Shown piece after piece: positions 17,815 to 28,209 of a DNA stretch of 64,000 nt (its first letter is position 1; each line of letters opens with the position of its first letter). The stretch spans positions 946,845 through 1,010,844 of the forward strand of contig CANNCY010000001.1 in the NCBI GenBank assembly GCA_947503335.1, read 5' to 3'. The DNA is from an uncultured Pseudomonadales bacterium (GTDB taxonomy: Bacteria > Pseudomonadota > Gammaproteobacteria > Pseudomonadales > CANNCY01). The translations under genes were made by a program, and so were the position numbers. Under the pieces are notes generated by a model. It did no database searches, was not told the DNA's origin, and was given only the letters and a program-made list of their open reading frames with translations.

Positions 17815-19143
17815 ATGAACATGTCTTATCTTAAGGCTCCCGTGTATGCTTGGAAGCAAGTAAAACGGTTGCTTCTGGTGTCACTTTTGGTGACGACCAA
17901 TAACGTATTTGCAAATGACTTATCCATTGATTCAGTTTCATTATCAGATGCGATACAACGAACACTTGCAAACAACCCACAGTTAACGGCTTTTGAATAC
18001 AAACAAAAGCGCTTAGACGGCGAGTTAGCTACCGCAGGATTAAAACCTGAATATAGCATCAGTGTTGAGTTAGATAACTTTGCAGGTACAGGCGATGTAT
18101 CTGGATTCAACGACGCTGAATTAACCTTGTCGATATCTTCCGTATTGGAGTTGGGTGATAAAGTAAATAGCAGAAAGTTTTATGTTAATGCCCAACAGCA
18201 AGCTATAGCGGTTGAAAAAAGAATACAAACGCTCGATATTTTGGGTGAAGTAGCAACACGTTATATCGATGTTTTGACTTTACAACAAGTCATGCTTGTC
18301 AATGAAAATGCAGAAAAGCTAGCACGAGAAACCTACCAAACGGTCTCCAAAAAAGTTCGTGTTGGTTCAGCACCGTCATCAGAGCAAAAACGAGCTGATG
18401 CGGCTTTAGCAACTGCTAGACTAAAGACGCTAACCATTGCCAAGCAGTTAGAGGCCAGTGTTCGTAAGTTAGCTATGATGTGGGGAGAACAATCACCGCA
18501 ATTCTCTCGTGTATCAGGCGATTTATTTGCACTTCCCAAAACAATATCACTCGAATACATCATGGCTCAACTTTCTCAAAGCCCTCATATATTAGCTTAT
18601 GCAGAGCAATCGAGAATTCAGCAAGCTCAATTACAATCAATCAACACACAAAGCCACGCAAATATAACGTGGAGCGCAGGAGTAAAAAGACTTGAAGGTA
18701 GCAATGACACTGCGTTGGTTGCAGGGTTTAGCGTCCCTCTATTTACGAGCGATAGAAACAGAGGCAATTATCAATCCCAAAAAGCAATACTCGATGAAGT
18801 TGAGCAGCAAAAGAAAGCCAGTGAGCGAGCAATTTACAGCCAATTAGCGACATTTTATGCGGCTCAGGAAGAGGCACGCCTTACGGTTGAAACCTTACAA
18901 ACTAGTATTATTCCACCACAAGAAAGTGCTTTGTCATTAGTGCAAAAAGCCTACTCGGACGGGCGCTTTAGTTATTTGGAACTAGTTTCAGTTCAAAAAG
19001 AGCTTATTGAGATGCAATACGCGCTTATTTTTGCCGCAAGTGAGGTTCACAAACAAAGCGCCGCCATCGAGTCCTTATCAGGCATTCCATTAATTTCTTT
19101 CGGCAATACAGCAAGCCAACTTTCAAGCTTTATCGAGAATTAA
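17815..19143 (+). CDS. czcC: TolC-family outer membrane factor CzcC
   Basis: 442 aa with a signal peptide and an OEP repeat pattern. First gene of the CBA trio. Confidence 0.85.
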   Translation: MNMSYLKAPVYAWKQVKRLLLVSLLVTTNNVFANDLSIDSVSLSDAIQRTLANNPQLTAFEYKQKRLDGELATAGLKPEYSISVELDNFAGTGDVSGFNDAELTLSISSVLELGDKVNSRKFYVNAQQQAIAVEKRIQTLDILGEVATRYIDVLTLQQVMLVNENAEKLARETYQTVSKKVRVGSAPSSEQKRADAALATARLKTLTIAKQLEASVRKLAMMWGEQSPQFSRVSGDLFALPKTISLEYIMAQLSQSPHILAYAEQSRIQQAQLQSINTQSHANITWSAGVKRLEGSNDTALVAGFSVPLFTSDRNRGNYQSQKAILDEVEQQKKASERAIYSQLATFYAAQEEARLTVETLQTSIIPPQESALSLVQKAYSDGRFSYLELVSVQKELIEMQYALIFAASEVHKQSAAIESLSGIPLISFGNTASQLSSFIEN

Positions 19144-19145
19144 TC

Positions 19146-20060
19146 ATGAAAAATATAAAAATATTAAATGTACCAATCAGTCTTTTCAAATTAATGCTTG
19201 TTGCTGTAATTGGTTTCACCTCCGTCACGACTTCTGCCAGTGAAGAACACGCTGATGAGTTCGTGTCCATGTCTGCTGAAATGGCTAAACAAAACGGTAT
19301 TGAAACAACTGTTGTTACCAGCGGAGTTATTCGCAATGAAGAGATTCTTTATGGAAAAATTGTCGCTGATCCTGCCTCTCTTGCTCATGTTAACGCGAGG
19401 TTTACAGGGGTTATTAAGAAGGTAAAAGTTAATATCGGCGAAGAGGTTAAAAAAGGTGAAACGTTGGTAGTCATCGAATCCAATGAAAGCTTAAACCAAT
19501 ATTCGATAAATGCACCAATGTCTGGACGCATAGTCGCTAGGCAAGCCAATATAGGCGAACTTACAAACGCTGAAAGCTTGCTGACAATAGCCAACTTTGA
19601 CGTGGTTTGGGCACAACTATCAGTGTTTCCTACTCAGCTAAGTAAAGTTAACGCTAACCAGCAGGTGCTAATTCATAGCACTGAAATTAATCAACGTGCG
19701 CAAATTAGCTATTTAACACCATCACTAAACGACAAGCCTTATTCGTTGGCATATGTAAAATTAAATAACAAAACGAACAAATGGCCGCTTGGCTCTGCAA
19801 TTAAAGGGGCGGTTACAACTAGTCAACACTCTGTTCCAATTGTTGTGCCAAAAGAAGCCATTCAAGAGTTTGAAGGAAATAGTGTTGTTTTTATTAAGGA
19901 AGGCAATGAATACCACCCTAGCGCCGTAAAAACTGGCGCTTCAGACGCTATCAATATTGCTATCATCGAGGGTTTGAACGTCGGCGAAAGTGTGGTTGTT
20001 AAGAACAGCTACCTGCTAGTTGCTGATCTAAAAAAATCGGAGGCTGGGCATGAACACTAA
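19146..20060 (+). CDS. czcB: RND periplasmic adaptor CzcB
   Basis: 304 aa with a membrane anchor and a biotinyl/lipoyl-like hairpin region. Lies between czcC and czcA. Confidence 0.8.
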   Translation: MKNIKILNVPISLFKLMLVAVIGFTSVTTSASEEHADEFVSMSAEMAKQNGIETTVVTSGVIRNEEILYGKIVADPASLAHVNARFTGVIKKVKVNIGEEVKKGETLVVIESNESLNQYSINAPMSGRIVARQANIGELTNAESLLTIANFDVVWAQLSVFPTQLSKVNANQQVLIHSTEINQRAQISYLTPSLNDKPYSLAYVKLNNKTNKWPLGSAIKGAVTTSQHSVPIVVPKEAIQEFEGNSVVFIKEGNEYHPSAVKTGASDAINIAIIEGLNVGESVVVKNSYLLVADLKKSEAGHEH

Positions 20061-20114
20061 ACTCCGAAGTCTTTATTTACTTCATATTAGCTTCAGTATT
20101 ATCGAGGTGAAAAT

Positions 20115-23100
20115 ATGATCGCTTGGATACTAGAATTATCTATCCGTAGACGTGGCACTATGTTGCTTATGGCGTTGTTTATCATCGCTTTAGGAATGTG
20201 GAATTATCAAAAGCTACCTATTGATGCCGTGCCTGATATTACCAATGTGCAGGTACAAATAAACACGCAGGCTCAAGGTTATTCACCTTTGGAAACAGAG
20301 CAACGTATCACGTTTATCGTCGAAACGGGCTTGGCGGGTTTACCTAAGCTCGACTATACCCGTTCACTTTCTCGATATGGCCTGTCGCAAGTGACCGTTG
20401 TGTTCGAAGAAGGCACAGATCTGTATTTTGCCAGAAACTTAATCAATGAGAGGCTGAGCGCAATTAAAGAGCAACTACCGTTAGGTATTGAACCAGAAAT
20501 GGGACCTATAGCTACGGGCCTCGGTGAAATATACATGTACAGTATAACTGCCGACGAGAGTGCAAAGCAGAATAATGGCTTACCCTATGACGCGATGGCG
20601 TTAAGGGAGATCCATGACTGGGTAGTGAAACCACAACTTGCATTGGTTAAAGGGATTACGGAAATCAATGCAATTGGTGGCTATAAAAAGCAATACCATA
20701 TCAACCCAGATCCGTTAAAGATGCTGCACTTCGGCATTACCAGTGATGCGTTATCAAAAGCGGTAATGCGAAATAATGCAAATCAAGGGGCAGGATTTAT
20801 AGAAACAAGCGGACAGCAAATTCTTGTTCGTTCACAAGCTCAATTGCAAACTCTTCAAGACATTCAAAACGTCATTATTAAAAGCGATGACGGCACACTT
20901 GTAAAAGTAAAAGATGTTGCCGAAGTTGCGATAGGAAAAGAGTTAAGAACTGGTGCTGCATCACAGGAAGGCAAGGAAAGTGTGATTGGCACAGCAATGA
21001 TGCTGGTAGGAGAAAATTCACGCTCGGTAGCTTTGGCTGTTGGCGACAAGCTTAGTGAAATTCAAAATAGCTTACCTCAAGGAGTGTCAATAGTTCCATT
21101 ATATGACAGGACAACTCTGGTTGATAAAGCAATTAGCACCGTACAGAAAAATCTCATTGAAGGCGCGTTGTTAGTTATCTTCGTATTGTTCTTATTACTG
21201 GGTAATATTCGAGCCGCTCTAATTACTGCCGCAGTCATTCCCTTGGCAATGTTGGCAACAATCACGGGCATGGTTCAAAGCAAGGTCTCTGCGAATTTAA
21301 TGAGTTTGGGAGCTTTGGATTTTGGATTAATTGTCGATGGAGCGGTAATCATCGTTGAGAACTGCATTCGGCGCTTAGCAGAAAGCCAAAAGCGAAACGT
21401 TTCAGTCATTTCCCTCAAAGAGCGGTTAGATATTGTTTACTCTGCAACCAATGAGGTGATACGACCTAGTGTTTTTGGCGTATTGATTATAACCATTGTC
21501 TATATGCCTTTGTTTACCTTATCTGGTGTTGAGGGCAAAATGTTTCATCCGATGGCCGCTACTGTGATCATCGCTCTATTGTCTGCAATGGTATTTTCCT
21601 TCACGCTCGTCCCCGCAGCAGTTGCGTTATTCTTGAAAGGCAAAATCAGCGAAAAAGAAAGTCCCATAATTGTCGGCGCTAAGTCAGTATATCGTCCGGT
21701 TTTAAATTGGGCATTAAAACTACGTTGGCTAGTCGTTTGTGGCGCTGCTTTACTTGTGACATTTAGCATATTCCTTGGTAGTAAATTAGGATCTGAATTT
21801 GTTCCTCAACTTAATGAAGGTGACATTGCTCTGCACGCGATGCGTATTCCGGGCACGGGTATTGACCAAGCTGTAGAAATGCAGAAAATACTTGAACAAC
21901 ACATTATGAAATATGATGAAATCCTCACGGTGTTTTCAAAAACGGGCACAGCAGAAGTGGCGACAGATGCGATGCCGCCAAATGTAACTGATACTTTTCT
22001 GATATTAAAGCCTAGAGAGCAATGGCCCAACCCCAATTTAACGAAAGCAGATTTTGTTGAAAAACTGGAAAAAGATCTCAGCTCCATTCCCGGCAATAAT
22101 TATGAGTTTACTCAACCAATTCAGATGCGATTTAACGAATTAATTAGTGGAGTAAGAGCTGATTTAGGAATTAAGCTCTACGGTGATGACCTATCCCAAC
22201 TTGTAAATTCAGCACAAGAAATTTTAACTGCACTCAATACGATTTCAGGTGTCGCAGATGCAAGACTTGAACAAGTTGATGATGTGCCTATTTTTACTGT
22301 TAACCCCAAGCCTGAAGCACTGGCATTATACGGATTAGATATAAGCGATTTACAATCTTGGTTAAAAACAGTCGTGTCAGGTGAAAGTGCAGGGTTAATA
22401 TTCGAAGGTGATCGTCGATTTGAAATTGTAGTTAGATACCCAGAGCTATTGCGAACCGACCTTGATCAGTTAGGAAATTTGCCAATCGCAACAGAAAGTG
22501 GTGAGTTTGTACCTGTAAGTGAGGTTGCAGAGTTAAATTATACAACGGTTCCAAGTCAAATCAGCCGAGAAAATGGTAAGCGACGAATTGTCGTCACCGC
22601 CAATGTTCGAAACCGAGATCTAGGTTCATTCGTACTAGAGGCCCAGCAAAAAATTCAACAAAATGTTGATTTACCCGCTGGTTATTGGCTTGAATACGGC
22701 GGAACATTTGAACAACTTGAGAGTGCAACTCAAAGGTTGTCCATTGTAGTTCCTGCCACATTGTTTGTAATTTTGACACTGCTTGTCATAGCATTTAGTT
22801 CAATAAAAGATGCCCTGATCATATTTAGTGGTGTGCCTTTAGCACTTACAGGCGGCGTACTGGCTTTGTGGTTAAGAGACATGTCTCTTTCAATTTCTGC
22901 TGCTGTTGGATTTATAGCTCTTTCAGGGATAGCTGTATTAAATGGACTAGTAATGCTGTCATTCATTAAACAGCGATTACTTGAAACAGGAGAATTAATT
23001 AACTCAATTATCGAAGGCGCAACGATAAGGCTCCGTCCTGTGTTAATGACGGCACTCGTTGCTAGTTTAGGATTCATTCCTATGGCGTTAAACGTGGGTA

Positions 23101-23225
23101 CTGGTGCTGAAGTTCAGCGTCCACTGGCAACGGTAGTAATTGGAGGGATCATTTCCTCAACTTTACTAACTTTAGTTGTATTGCCTGTTCTTTATCGAAT
23201 TGTTTATCACAAATTCAAATCTTAA
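20115..23225 (+). CDS. czcA: Heavy-metal efflux RND pump CzcA (HME family)
   Basis: 1036 aa, 12 TM segments. N-terminus LPIDAVPDITNVQVQINT is typical of CzcA. Confidence 0.9.
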   Translation: MIAWILELSIRRRGTMLLMALFIIALGMWNYQKLPIDAVPDITNVQVQINTQAQGYSPLETEQRITFIVETGLAGLPKLDYTRSLSRYGLSQVTVVFEEGTDLYFARNLINERLSAIKEQLPLGIEPEMGPIATGLGEIYMYSITADESAKQNNGLPYDAMALREIHDWVVKPQLALVKGITEINAIGGYKKQYHINPDPLKMLHFGITSDALSKAVMRNNANQGAGFIETSGQQILVRSQAQLQTLQDIQNVIIKSDDGTLVKVKDVAEVAIGKELRTGAASQEGKESVIGTAMMLVGENSRSVALAVGDKLSEIQNSLPQGVSIVPLYDRTTLVDKAISTVQKNLIEGALLVIFVLFLLLGNIRAALITAAVIPLAMLATITGMVQSKVSANLMSLGALDFGLIVDGAVIIVENCIRRLAESQKRNVSVISLKERLDIVYSATNEVIRPSVFGVLIITIVYMPLFTLSGVEGKMFHPMAATVIIALLSAMVFSFTLVPAAVALFLKGKISEKESPIIVGAKSVYRPVLNWALKLRWLVVCGAALLVTFSIFLGSKLGSEFVPQLNEGDIALHAMRIPGTGIDQAVEMQKILEQHIMKYDEILTVFSKTGTAEVATDAMPPNVTDTFLILKPREQWPNPNLTKADFVEKLEKDLSSIPGNNYEFTQPIQMRFNELISGVRADLGIKLYGDDLSQLVNSAQEILTALNTISGVADARLEQVDDVPIFTVNPKPEALALYGLDISDLQSWLKTVVSGESAGLIFEGDRRFEIVVRYPELLRTDLDQLGNLPIATESGEFVPVSEVAELNYTTVPSQISRENGKRRIVVTANVRNRDLGSFVLEAQQKIQQNVDLPAGYWLEYGGTFEQLESATQRLSIVVPATLFVILTLLVIAFSSIKDALIIFSGVPLALTGGVLALWLRDMSLSISAAVGFIALSGIAVLNGLVMLSFIKQRLLETGELINSIIEGATIRLRPVLMTALVASLGFIPMALNVGTGAEVQRPLATVVIGGIISSTLLTLVVLPVLYRIVYHKFKS

Positions 23226-23236
23226 CTTTAGTTTGG

Positions 23237-23270
23237 AGGCTTCTCGTAATTATTTAGAGAAGCCTTTTAT
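23237..23270 (+). terminator. Rho-independent terminator after czcA
   Basis: Stem aggcttctc / gagaagcct, followed by TTTTAT. Confidence 0.6.
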
Positions 23271-23316
23271 TACGTTACTTTTGCTCACTCAGGTGCGTAA
23301 AAAGATCTATTTAAAA

Positions 23317-23670
23317 CTAAATTACTTTTAAGACGCCGCGATACATTTGCATCTGACAATGAAACTCATGCTCTCCCGGTGACAAGTTCAATAAGGTAAT
23401 TTGAGTAATTTCATTCAATTTAAGCTGTTCGCTTATATCCAATGAAGGAATAAGGATTGTTTCAGCGCAGGGGGATTGATCTTTACGCATAAACTTCAAG
23501 GTGACAGGTTGGCTTGCAGACACCTGAATTGAAGATGGGGAATACACGCCATCTTTCACTTCAATTAACACTTCTCTGTTTTGCACAATTGTTTTGTTAG
23601 GTTTGTACAGCCAAAACCACCAAACAATCAGCGCGATCAACACTAAGCCTAATAAGTTAATTAACATCAT
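23317..23670 (-). CDS. Membrane-anchored cupredoxin-like domain protein
   Basis: 117 aa with an N-terminal TM segment. C-terminal GEHEFHCQMQMYRG (H-C-M ligand pattern). Directly downstream of copA. Confidence 0.65.
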   Translation of the reverse strand: MMLINLLGLVLIALIVWWFWLYKPNKTIVQNREVLIEVKDGVYSPSSIQVSASQPVTLKFMRKDQSPCAETILIPSLDISEQLKLNEITQITLLNLSPGEHEFHCQMQMYRGVLKVI

Positions 23671-23681
23671 CGTGCGTCTCC

Positions 23682-25955
23682 TTAATGCTCTTTTGCTTTA
23701 AACAGGCGAAGTCGATTTGCATTTGACACTACGGTCAATGACGAAAATGCCATTGCAGCTCCAGCTATTACAGGACTAAGCAAAATGCCAAAGAAGGGGT
23801 ATAGAATCCCCGCAGCAAAAGGAATCCCAGCTACGTTATAGACAAACGCGCCAAATAAGTTTTGTTTGATATTTCGTAAAGTGGCCTTGCTTACCGCTAT
23901 GGCATCAGCAAGGCCATGAAGTGAGCCACGCATCAGGGTTATGTCAGCACTTTCGATTGCTACATCAGTCCCTGTGCCTATGGCGAAACCAACATCGGCT
24001 AACGCAAGTGCAGGAGCATCGTTAATACCATCACCTGTCATACCAACAGTTTCGCCGCTGTCTTGTAGCTCTTTAACCTTGTTGGCTTTGTCTTCTGGCA
24101 GCACTTCAGCAAAAAACTCACTAATTCCCGCTTTTTTGGCAACAGCGGCGGCTGTATCCTTGTTATCGCCCGTTAACATAATGACGCGAATCCCATTGGT
24201 CTGAAGCCGTTTAATCGAGGAAATTGAGTCTGACTTAATAGGATCAGCAACAGCAATAATTGCTGCCAGCTCGCCATTAACAGCAAAATACATTGGTGTT
24301 TTAGCTTCTTTTGCTAAAGACTGGGCTTTTCCAACGAAACCTGTAAGGTCAATGCCTTTAATTTTCATTAGTTTATCGTTACCAAAAAGTAAGGTTTTGT
24401 TGTTACAGGTTGCTTCTACACCAAAACCCGTAATGGCGTTAAACGATTCTATTTTTAGTAACTCAATATCCTGATCTAACGCACTTTCAACAATCGCTTG
24501 TGCCAAAGGGTGCTCGGAGCCACTTTCTAAACTTGCCGCAAGCTGTAACACTTCTTTCTCGTCAGTCGCTTTTGCTAAAACAATATTAGTTACCTTTGGT
24601 GTCCCTTCGGTAATAGTTCCCGTTTTATCTAAAATCATGGAAGTGATTTTAGAGGCGGTTTGTAAAGCTTCGCCATTGCGAATAAGCACTCCAGCTTCTG
24701 CCGCTTTTCCAACTCCCACCATGACAGACATAGGCGTTGCTAAGCCCAAAGCACATGGGCACGCAATAATGAGTACGGTAGTTGCTGAAACGATGGCAAA
24801 AGCAATTGCTGGCTCTGGTCCAAAGTTAAGCCATGCTAGAGCACTTAATATAGATATGATCATGACAACAGGAACAAAATAAGCGGAAATCACATCGGCC
24901 AAGCGGCCAATAGGTGGCTTAGAGTTTTGCGCTCGTTTCACCATATTGATGATTTGCGCAAGCGCCGTGTCTTTGCCTACGCGTGTCGCTCTAAACAAAA
25001 TCATGCCTGACTTGTTTAACGTTCCTGCAACAACTTCATCTTCTTTGGCTTTTTCAACAGGCATGGGTTCGCCCGTAAGCATTGATTCGTCAATAGATGT
25101 GTGGCCTTCTAATACAATACCATCTACAGGAATTTTCCCCCCCGGTTTTACCTTCACCACATCATTAAGTAAAACCTGCTCGATACCTATCTGAACCTCT
25201 TTGCTATCACGAACTACTGTAGCTGTTTTGGTTTGTAACCCGATAAGACGTTTGATGGCTTCAGAGGTTTTACCTCTGGCTTTTAGTTCTAGTGCCAAAC
25301 CTAAATTAATCAATCCAATGATCATGGCTGTAGCTTCAAAATAAACATGTCTCGCCATCAATGGCACTGCGTCTGGAGCCAATACAAAAGCTATTGAGTA
25401 AATCCATGCCGTACCTGTTCCTAAAGCAATTAGGGTGTCCATATTGGCTGAATGATTTTTGAAGCTCTTCCATGCTCCGACATAGAAATGCTTGCCTGAA
25501 AAATACATAACACCAAAAGTTAAAATGCCTACAACCAACCAAGACATGCGTTCAAGGTTTGTTTCAACTGTCATTTCTCCAACAACAATGCCGTAGATCA
25601 TTAGAGGAACGCCGAGTGAAAGAGCAATAAAAGTATCTCGTATTAGCTTTTTGTAATACTTCCAGTCTGCTGCCTCTTTCTCGTCAAGCGTATCAATTTC
25701 TGAACTATCATCGATTGGCTTAGCGTTATAACCGATAGACTCAACAGCTTTAATCAGCTCTTCCGTTTTCACGGTTCCTGTGACTTGAACAGTCCTATCA
25801 GCAAAGTTCATTTCAGCACTAACTACACCATTGGTTCCTTTCAGCGCCCCCTCAATTTTACCGACGCAACTTGCACAGCCAGCACCTTCTATAATGAGCT
25901 GATGATCAGGTTTAATATTATTCATGGGAGCCGCCATTGTTTTCTGTAGGTTCAA
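23682..25955 (-). CDS. copA: Cu(I)-translocating P1B-type ATPase CopA
   Basis: N-terminal GCASC metal-binding domain, CPC in a TM helix (ACPCALGLATP), DKTGT, SEHPLA and GDGINDAP. An alternative start at 25925 (MNNIKPD) would give an ATGAATAA overlap with the regulator stop. Confidence 0.9.
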   Translation of the reverse strand: MNLQKTMAAPMNNIKPDHQLIIEGAGCASCVGKIEGALKGTNGVVSAEMNFADRTVQVTGTVKTEELIKAVESIGYNAKPIDDSSEIDTLDEKEAADWKYYKKLIRDTFIALSLGVPLMIYGIVVGEMTVETNLERMSWLVVGILTFGVMYFSGKHFYVGAWKSFKNHSANMDTLIALGTGTAWIYSIAFVLAPDAVPLMARHVYFEATAMIIGLINLGLALELKARGKTSEAIKRLIGLQTKTATVVRDSKEVQIGIEQVLLNDVVKVKPGGKIPVDGIVLEGHTSIDESMLTGEPMPVEKAKEDEVVAGTLNKSGMILFRATRVGKDTALAQIINMVKRAQNSKPPIGRLADVISAYFVPVVMIISILSALAWLNFGPEPAIAFAIVSATTVLIIACPCALGLATPMSVMVGVGKAAEAGVLIRNGEALQTASKITSMILDKTGTITEGTPKVTNIVLAKATDEKEVLQLAASLESGSEHPLAQAIVESALDQDIELLKIESFNAITGFGVEATCNNKTLLFGNDKLMKIKGIDLTGFVGKAQSLAKEAKTPMYFAVNGELAAIIAVADPIKSDSISSIKRLQTNGIRVIMLTGDNKDTAAAVAKKAGISEFFAEVLPEDKANKVKELQDSGETVGMTGDGINDAPALALADVGFAIGTGTDVAIESADITLMRGSLHGLADAIAVSKATLRNIKQNLFGAFVYNVAGIPFAAGILYPFFGILLSPVIAGAAMAFSSLTVVSNANRLRLFKAKEH

Positions 25956-26346
25956 AACTGTCTATGAGGTGACATACCATAGTGGAGGTTGGAGCTTTAT
26001 CTTCCTTGACTTCCCATTGTGCTAGCGCATCTTTCATGTTTTTACGCAAAGCTAACATTGCCTGAAATTGTTTTTCAGTCTCAGCTAGCCTTTCCTTAAT
26101 TAAAGACCTAACTAGAGGGCATGCAGCTTTTCCGAGACTCGCCTCATCAACAATGTGTTGTATATCTGATACTGAAAACCCCAGTTGTCTTGCACTTAAA
26201 ATAAACTTCAGTCTAGAGATTTCTGTTGGGGGGTAGTACTTATATCCGTTTTCAGACTTAGTTGGATTGAGTAATTTTAATCGAGTGTAGTATCTGACAG
26301 TATCGGGTGTTGTACCAAACTCTTTGGCTAATTCAGTAACTTTCAT
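25918..26346 (-). CDS. MerR-family metal-responsive regulator
   Basis: 142 aa. HTH TPDTVRYYTRLKLL. First gene of an operon with copA. Confidence 0.75.
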   Translation of the reverse strand: MKVTELAKEFGTTPDTVRYYTRLKLLNPTKSENGYKYYPPTEISRLKFILSARQLGFSVSDIQHIVDEASLGKAACPLVRSLIKERLAETEKQFQAMLALRKNMKDALAQWEVKEDKAPTSTMVCHLIDSFEPTENNGGSHE

Positions 26347-26383
26347 AAGCTATCCTGACTTAATAAATGGGTTAACTGAGTTA

Positions 26384-26414
26384 AGTTTAGACCTGTGTGT
26401 AAGACACAGGTCAA
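26384..26414 (-). promoter_or_regulatory. MerR-type promoter (19-nt spacer, 9-bp perfect dyad)
   Basis: Minus strand reads TTGACC, 19-nt spacer, TAAACT. The dyad is GACCTGTGT-N5-ACACAGGTC at 26390-26412. Confidence 0.65.
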
Positions 26415-26436
26415 GCCCAATATAATTATTTTAGAT

Positions 26437-26907
26437 CTAGTGTGACCAATGAATATGCTTGATTTTCCATTCTTCGTTTTGCTTTTCGAGTATTATCGTT
26501 TCCATGCCCTGATAATCACGGTCTTTACCTTTGTATATTCCTTTAGTATGGCTGCGTGACGCTGAGATAGCGGCATTTCCAAGAATAGTCACTTGATGCT
26601 CTAGCGTTTTAGTTTTCACTGCTGCTAAATATTTCATATCGGCCAACATATGGTGATGTGCATATTCATCAGCACTTCTTTCAACACGGCCACCCTCGTA
26701 GATGGTCACATCATCAGCCAACTGTGCTCTTGCTAGCTCCTTATTACCCGTTTCTAGTGCTTGATGAAATGCCAAAACAACTTTTGCGGCAGGGGTATCT
26801 ATACCTTTAAACAAACCTTTGTCTTTGTTCTTATCACCATGAGCGTTTGCTACGAAACTAAACGTCATTAATAAAACGAGTAATATATTTATTGTTTTCA
26901 TTTTCAT
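26437..26907 (-). CDS. Secreted NTF2-like (DUF4440-like) protein
   Basis: 156 aa with a signal peptide. Same fold-type pattern as 2026..2475. Ends in EEWKIKHIHWS. Confidence 0.55.
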   Translation of the reverse strand: MKMKTINILLVLLMTFSFVANAHGDKNKDKGLFKGIDTPAAKVVLAFHQALETGNKELARAQLADDVTIYEGGRVERSADEYAHHHMLADMKYLAAVKTKTLEHQVTILGNAAISASRSHTKGIYKGKDRDYQGMETIILEKQNEEWKIKHIHWSH

Positions 26908-26922
26908 TCTCTCTTTTAGGTT

Positions 26923-27828
26923 TTAATTTGCAGGGCCAACAACACTAGTAAGCCCAGCCGTTACAGATAAAATGGCAAAAGCGACTACCATTTCTATCGA
27001 GATAGATTTAGATAGCGCTTCTCTGCCATCGTTATTTTTAAGTTGTGGGACGAGTTTTAATTTATGCTTAGCTGCGATGCCCAATATCGAAGTCACGAGA
27101 GCTAATTTAAGTAGCAGTGTTTGCCCATAGCTTGAACTAAACAGCTCTTCAACATTTCCGACTAATTGAAAAGCTAACCAAAGGCCAGCAACTAACAATA
27201 GACTCACAGCGATACTTGCTTGTTTTCCAAACGTGTCCATCAATGAGTAGAGCTGCTCATAGTTCCGTTCATTGCAAGCTTGTCGAAGCGGAAACAATGC
27301 TCCGAACCACCAAGCCATAACAAGCACATGGAGCATCAGCAATACTTTTCCGAACACTCCTAGCTCAGATACATGGCCGATTAAGGTAAAGGTGTATGCA
27401 AGTAAAAATAAACTAGATACCAAAATGCCTTGTTTTAGGTAATTGCTCAGTACTACTGATTTGAATTTAATGTGTGACGTTATCGCGAATATCGCTAGAA
27501 CTAACCCAAGACCTCTAAGTAAAGTTCCATCACCGATAGGAGAATCCCACATTATGTCTAAAATATCAGGGTCAAAAGCACCTTGAATGCCTTCTTCTGC
27601 CATCGCACCAGTACTAGCGAAGAACCAAAGACCATTTGCAAGCAAAGCGATGACTATTGAACCTCTTATCCATTTTAGGTTCGCTATTGCCAAGTTATTA
27701 TGAGACTCACTTTGTTCAAAAACTTGCTTGAAAAATGTATAACCAGCAATACAGGCAAAACCGACGTAAAATACAATTTTTGACAGTACAATGACTGTAT
27801 TCCAGATATACATTTCCATAGCAATCAC
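26923..27828 (-). CDS. copD: Copper resistance membrane protein CopD
   Basis: 301 aa, about 8 TM segments. Directly downstream of copC. Confidence 0.8.
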   Translation of the reverse strand: MIAMEMYIWNTVIVLSKIVFYVGFACIAGYTFFKQVFEQSESHNNLAIANLKWIRGSIVIALLANGLWFFASTGAMAEEGIQGAFDPDILDIMWDSPIGDGTLLRGLGLVLAIFAITSHIKFKSVVLSNYLKQGILVSSLFLLAYTFTLIGHVSELGVFGKVLLMLHVLVMAWWFGALFPLRQACNERNYEQLYSLMDTFGKQASIAVSLLLVAGLWLAFQLVGNVEELFSSSYGQTLLLKLALVTSILGIAAKHKLKLVPQLKNNDGREALSKSISIEMVVAFAILSVTAGLTSVVGPAN

Positions 27829-27837
27829 TCCATTAGA

Positions 27838-28185
27838 TTAGTGAACCATAAAGCCAAAGCTATCTTTCATTTTGTGCCCATCTTTACCTAAGAAAGTAAC
27901 ATCAACAACATAGTTAGCAGGTGTAAGTTTCGGTAGCTTCCACGTAAATTCGGTATTGGTTTCTTTAGTAGGTTTGAAGCCAAATTTAACCTTTTTACCT
28001 TGCTTATTTTTCAATGTAATTTTGACTACACGAACCTCTTTGCTAAATGCCAACGTTAACGCTTCTGGAGTCTTCATTAACATTGCATTATCAGCAGGCA
28101 CACTTTTTTCAAGATGAACGTGCGCGAACACCGCACTACTAAAAACAATGCTGATTACGGTCAAAAATTTAATTAATATTTTCAT
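27838..28185 (-). CDS. copC: Periplasmic copper-binding protein CopC
   Basis: 115 aa. Signal peptide, then mature HVHLEKSVPA (typical CopC H-x-x-L..S.P), with a beta-sandwich pattern. Confidence 0.85.
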   Translation of the reverse strand: MKILIKFLTVISIVFSSAVFAHVHLEKSVPADNAMLMKTPEALTLAFSKEVRVVKITLKNKQGKKVKFGFKPTKETNTEFTWKLPKLTPANYVVDVTFLGKDGHKMKDSFGFMVH

Positions 28186-28209
28186 ATTTACCTCTATTTA
28201 ATTTATGTA

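Noticed and set aside
20354-25542. Antisense ORFs inside czcA and copA (for example 21806..22096, 22730..23077, 23941..24204, 24637..24882, 24946..25194, 25336..25542).
   Set aside because: Each is fully nested antisense to a strongly supported transporter gene. Their composition is typical of reverse-frame translation (Ser/Thr/Ala/Ile-rich).
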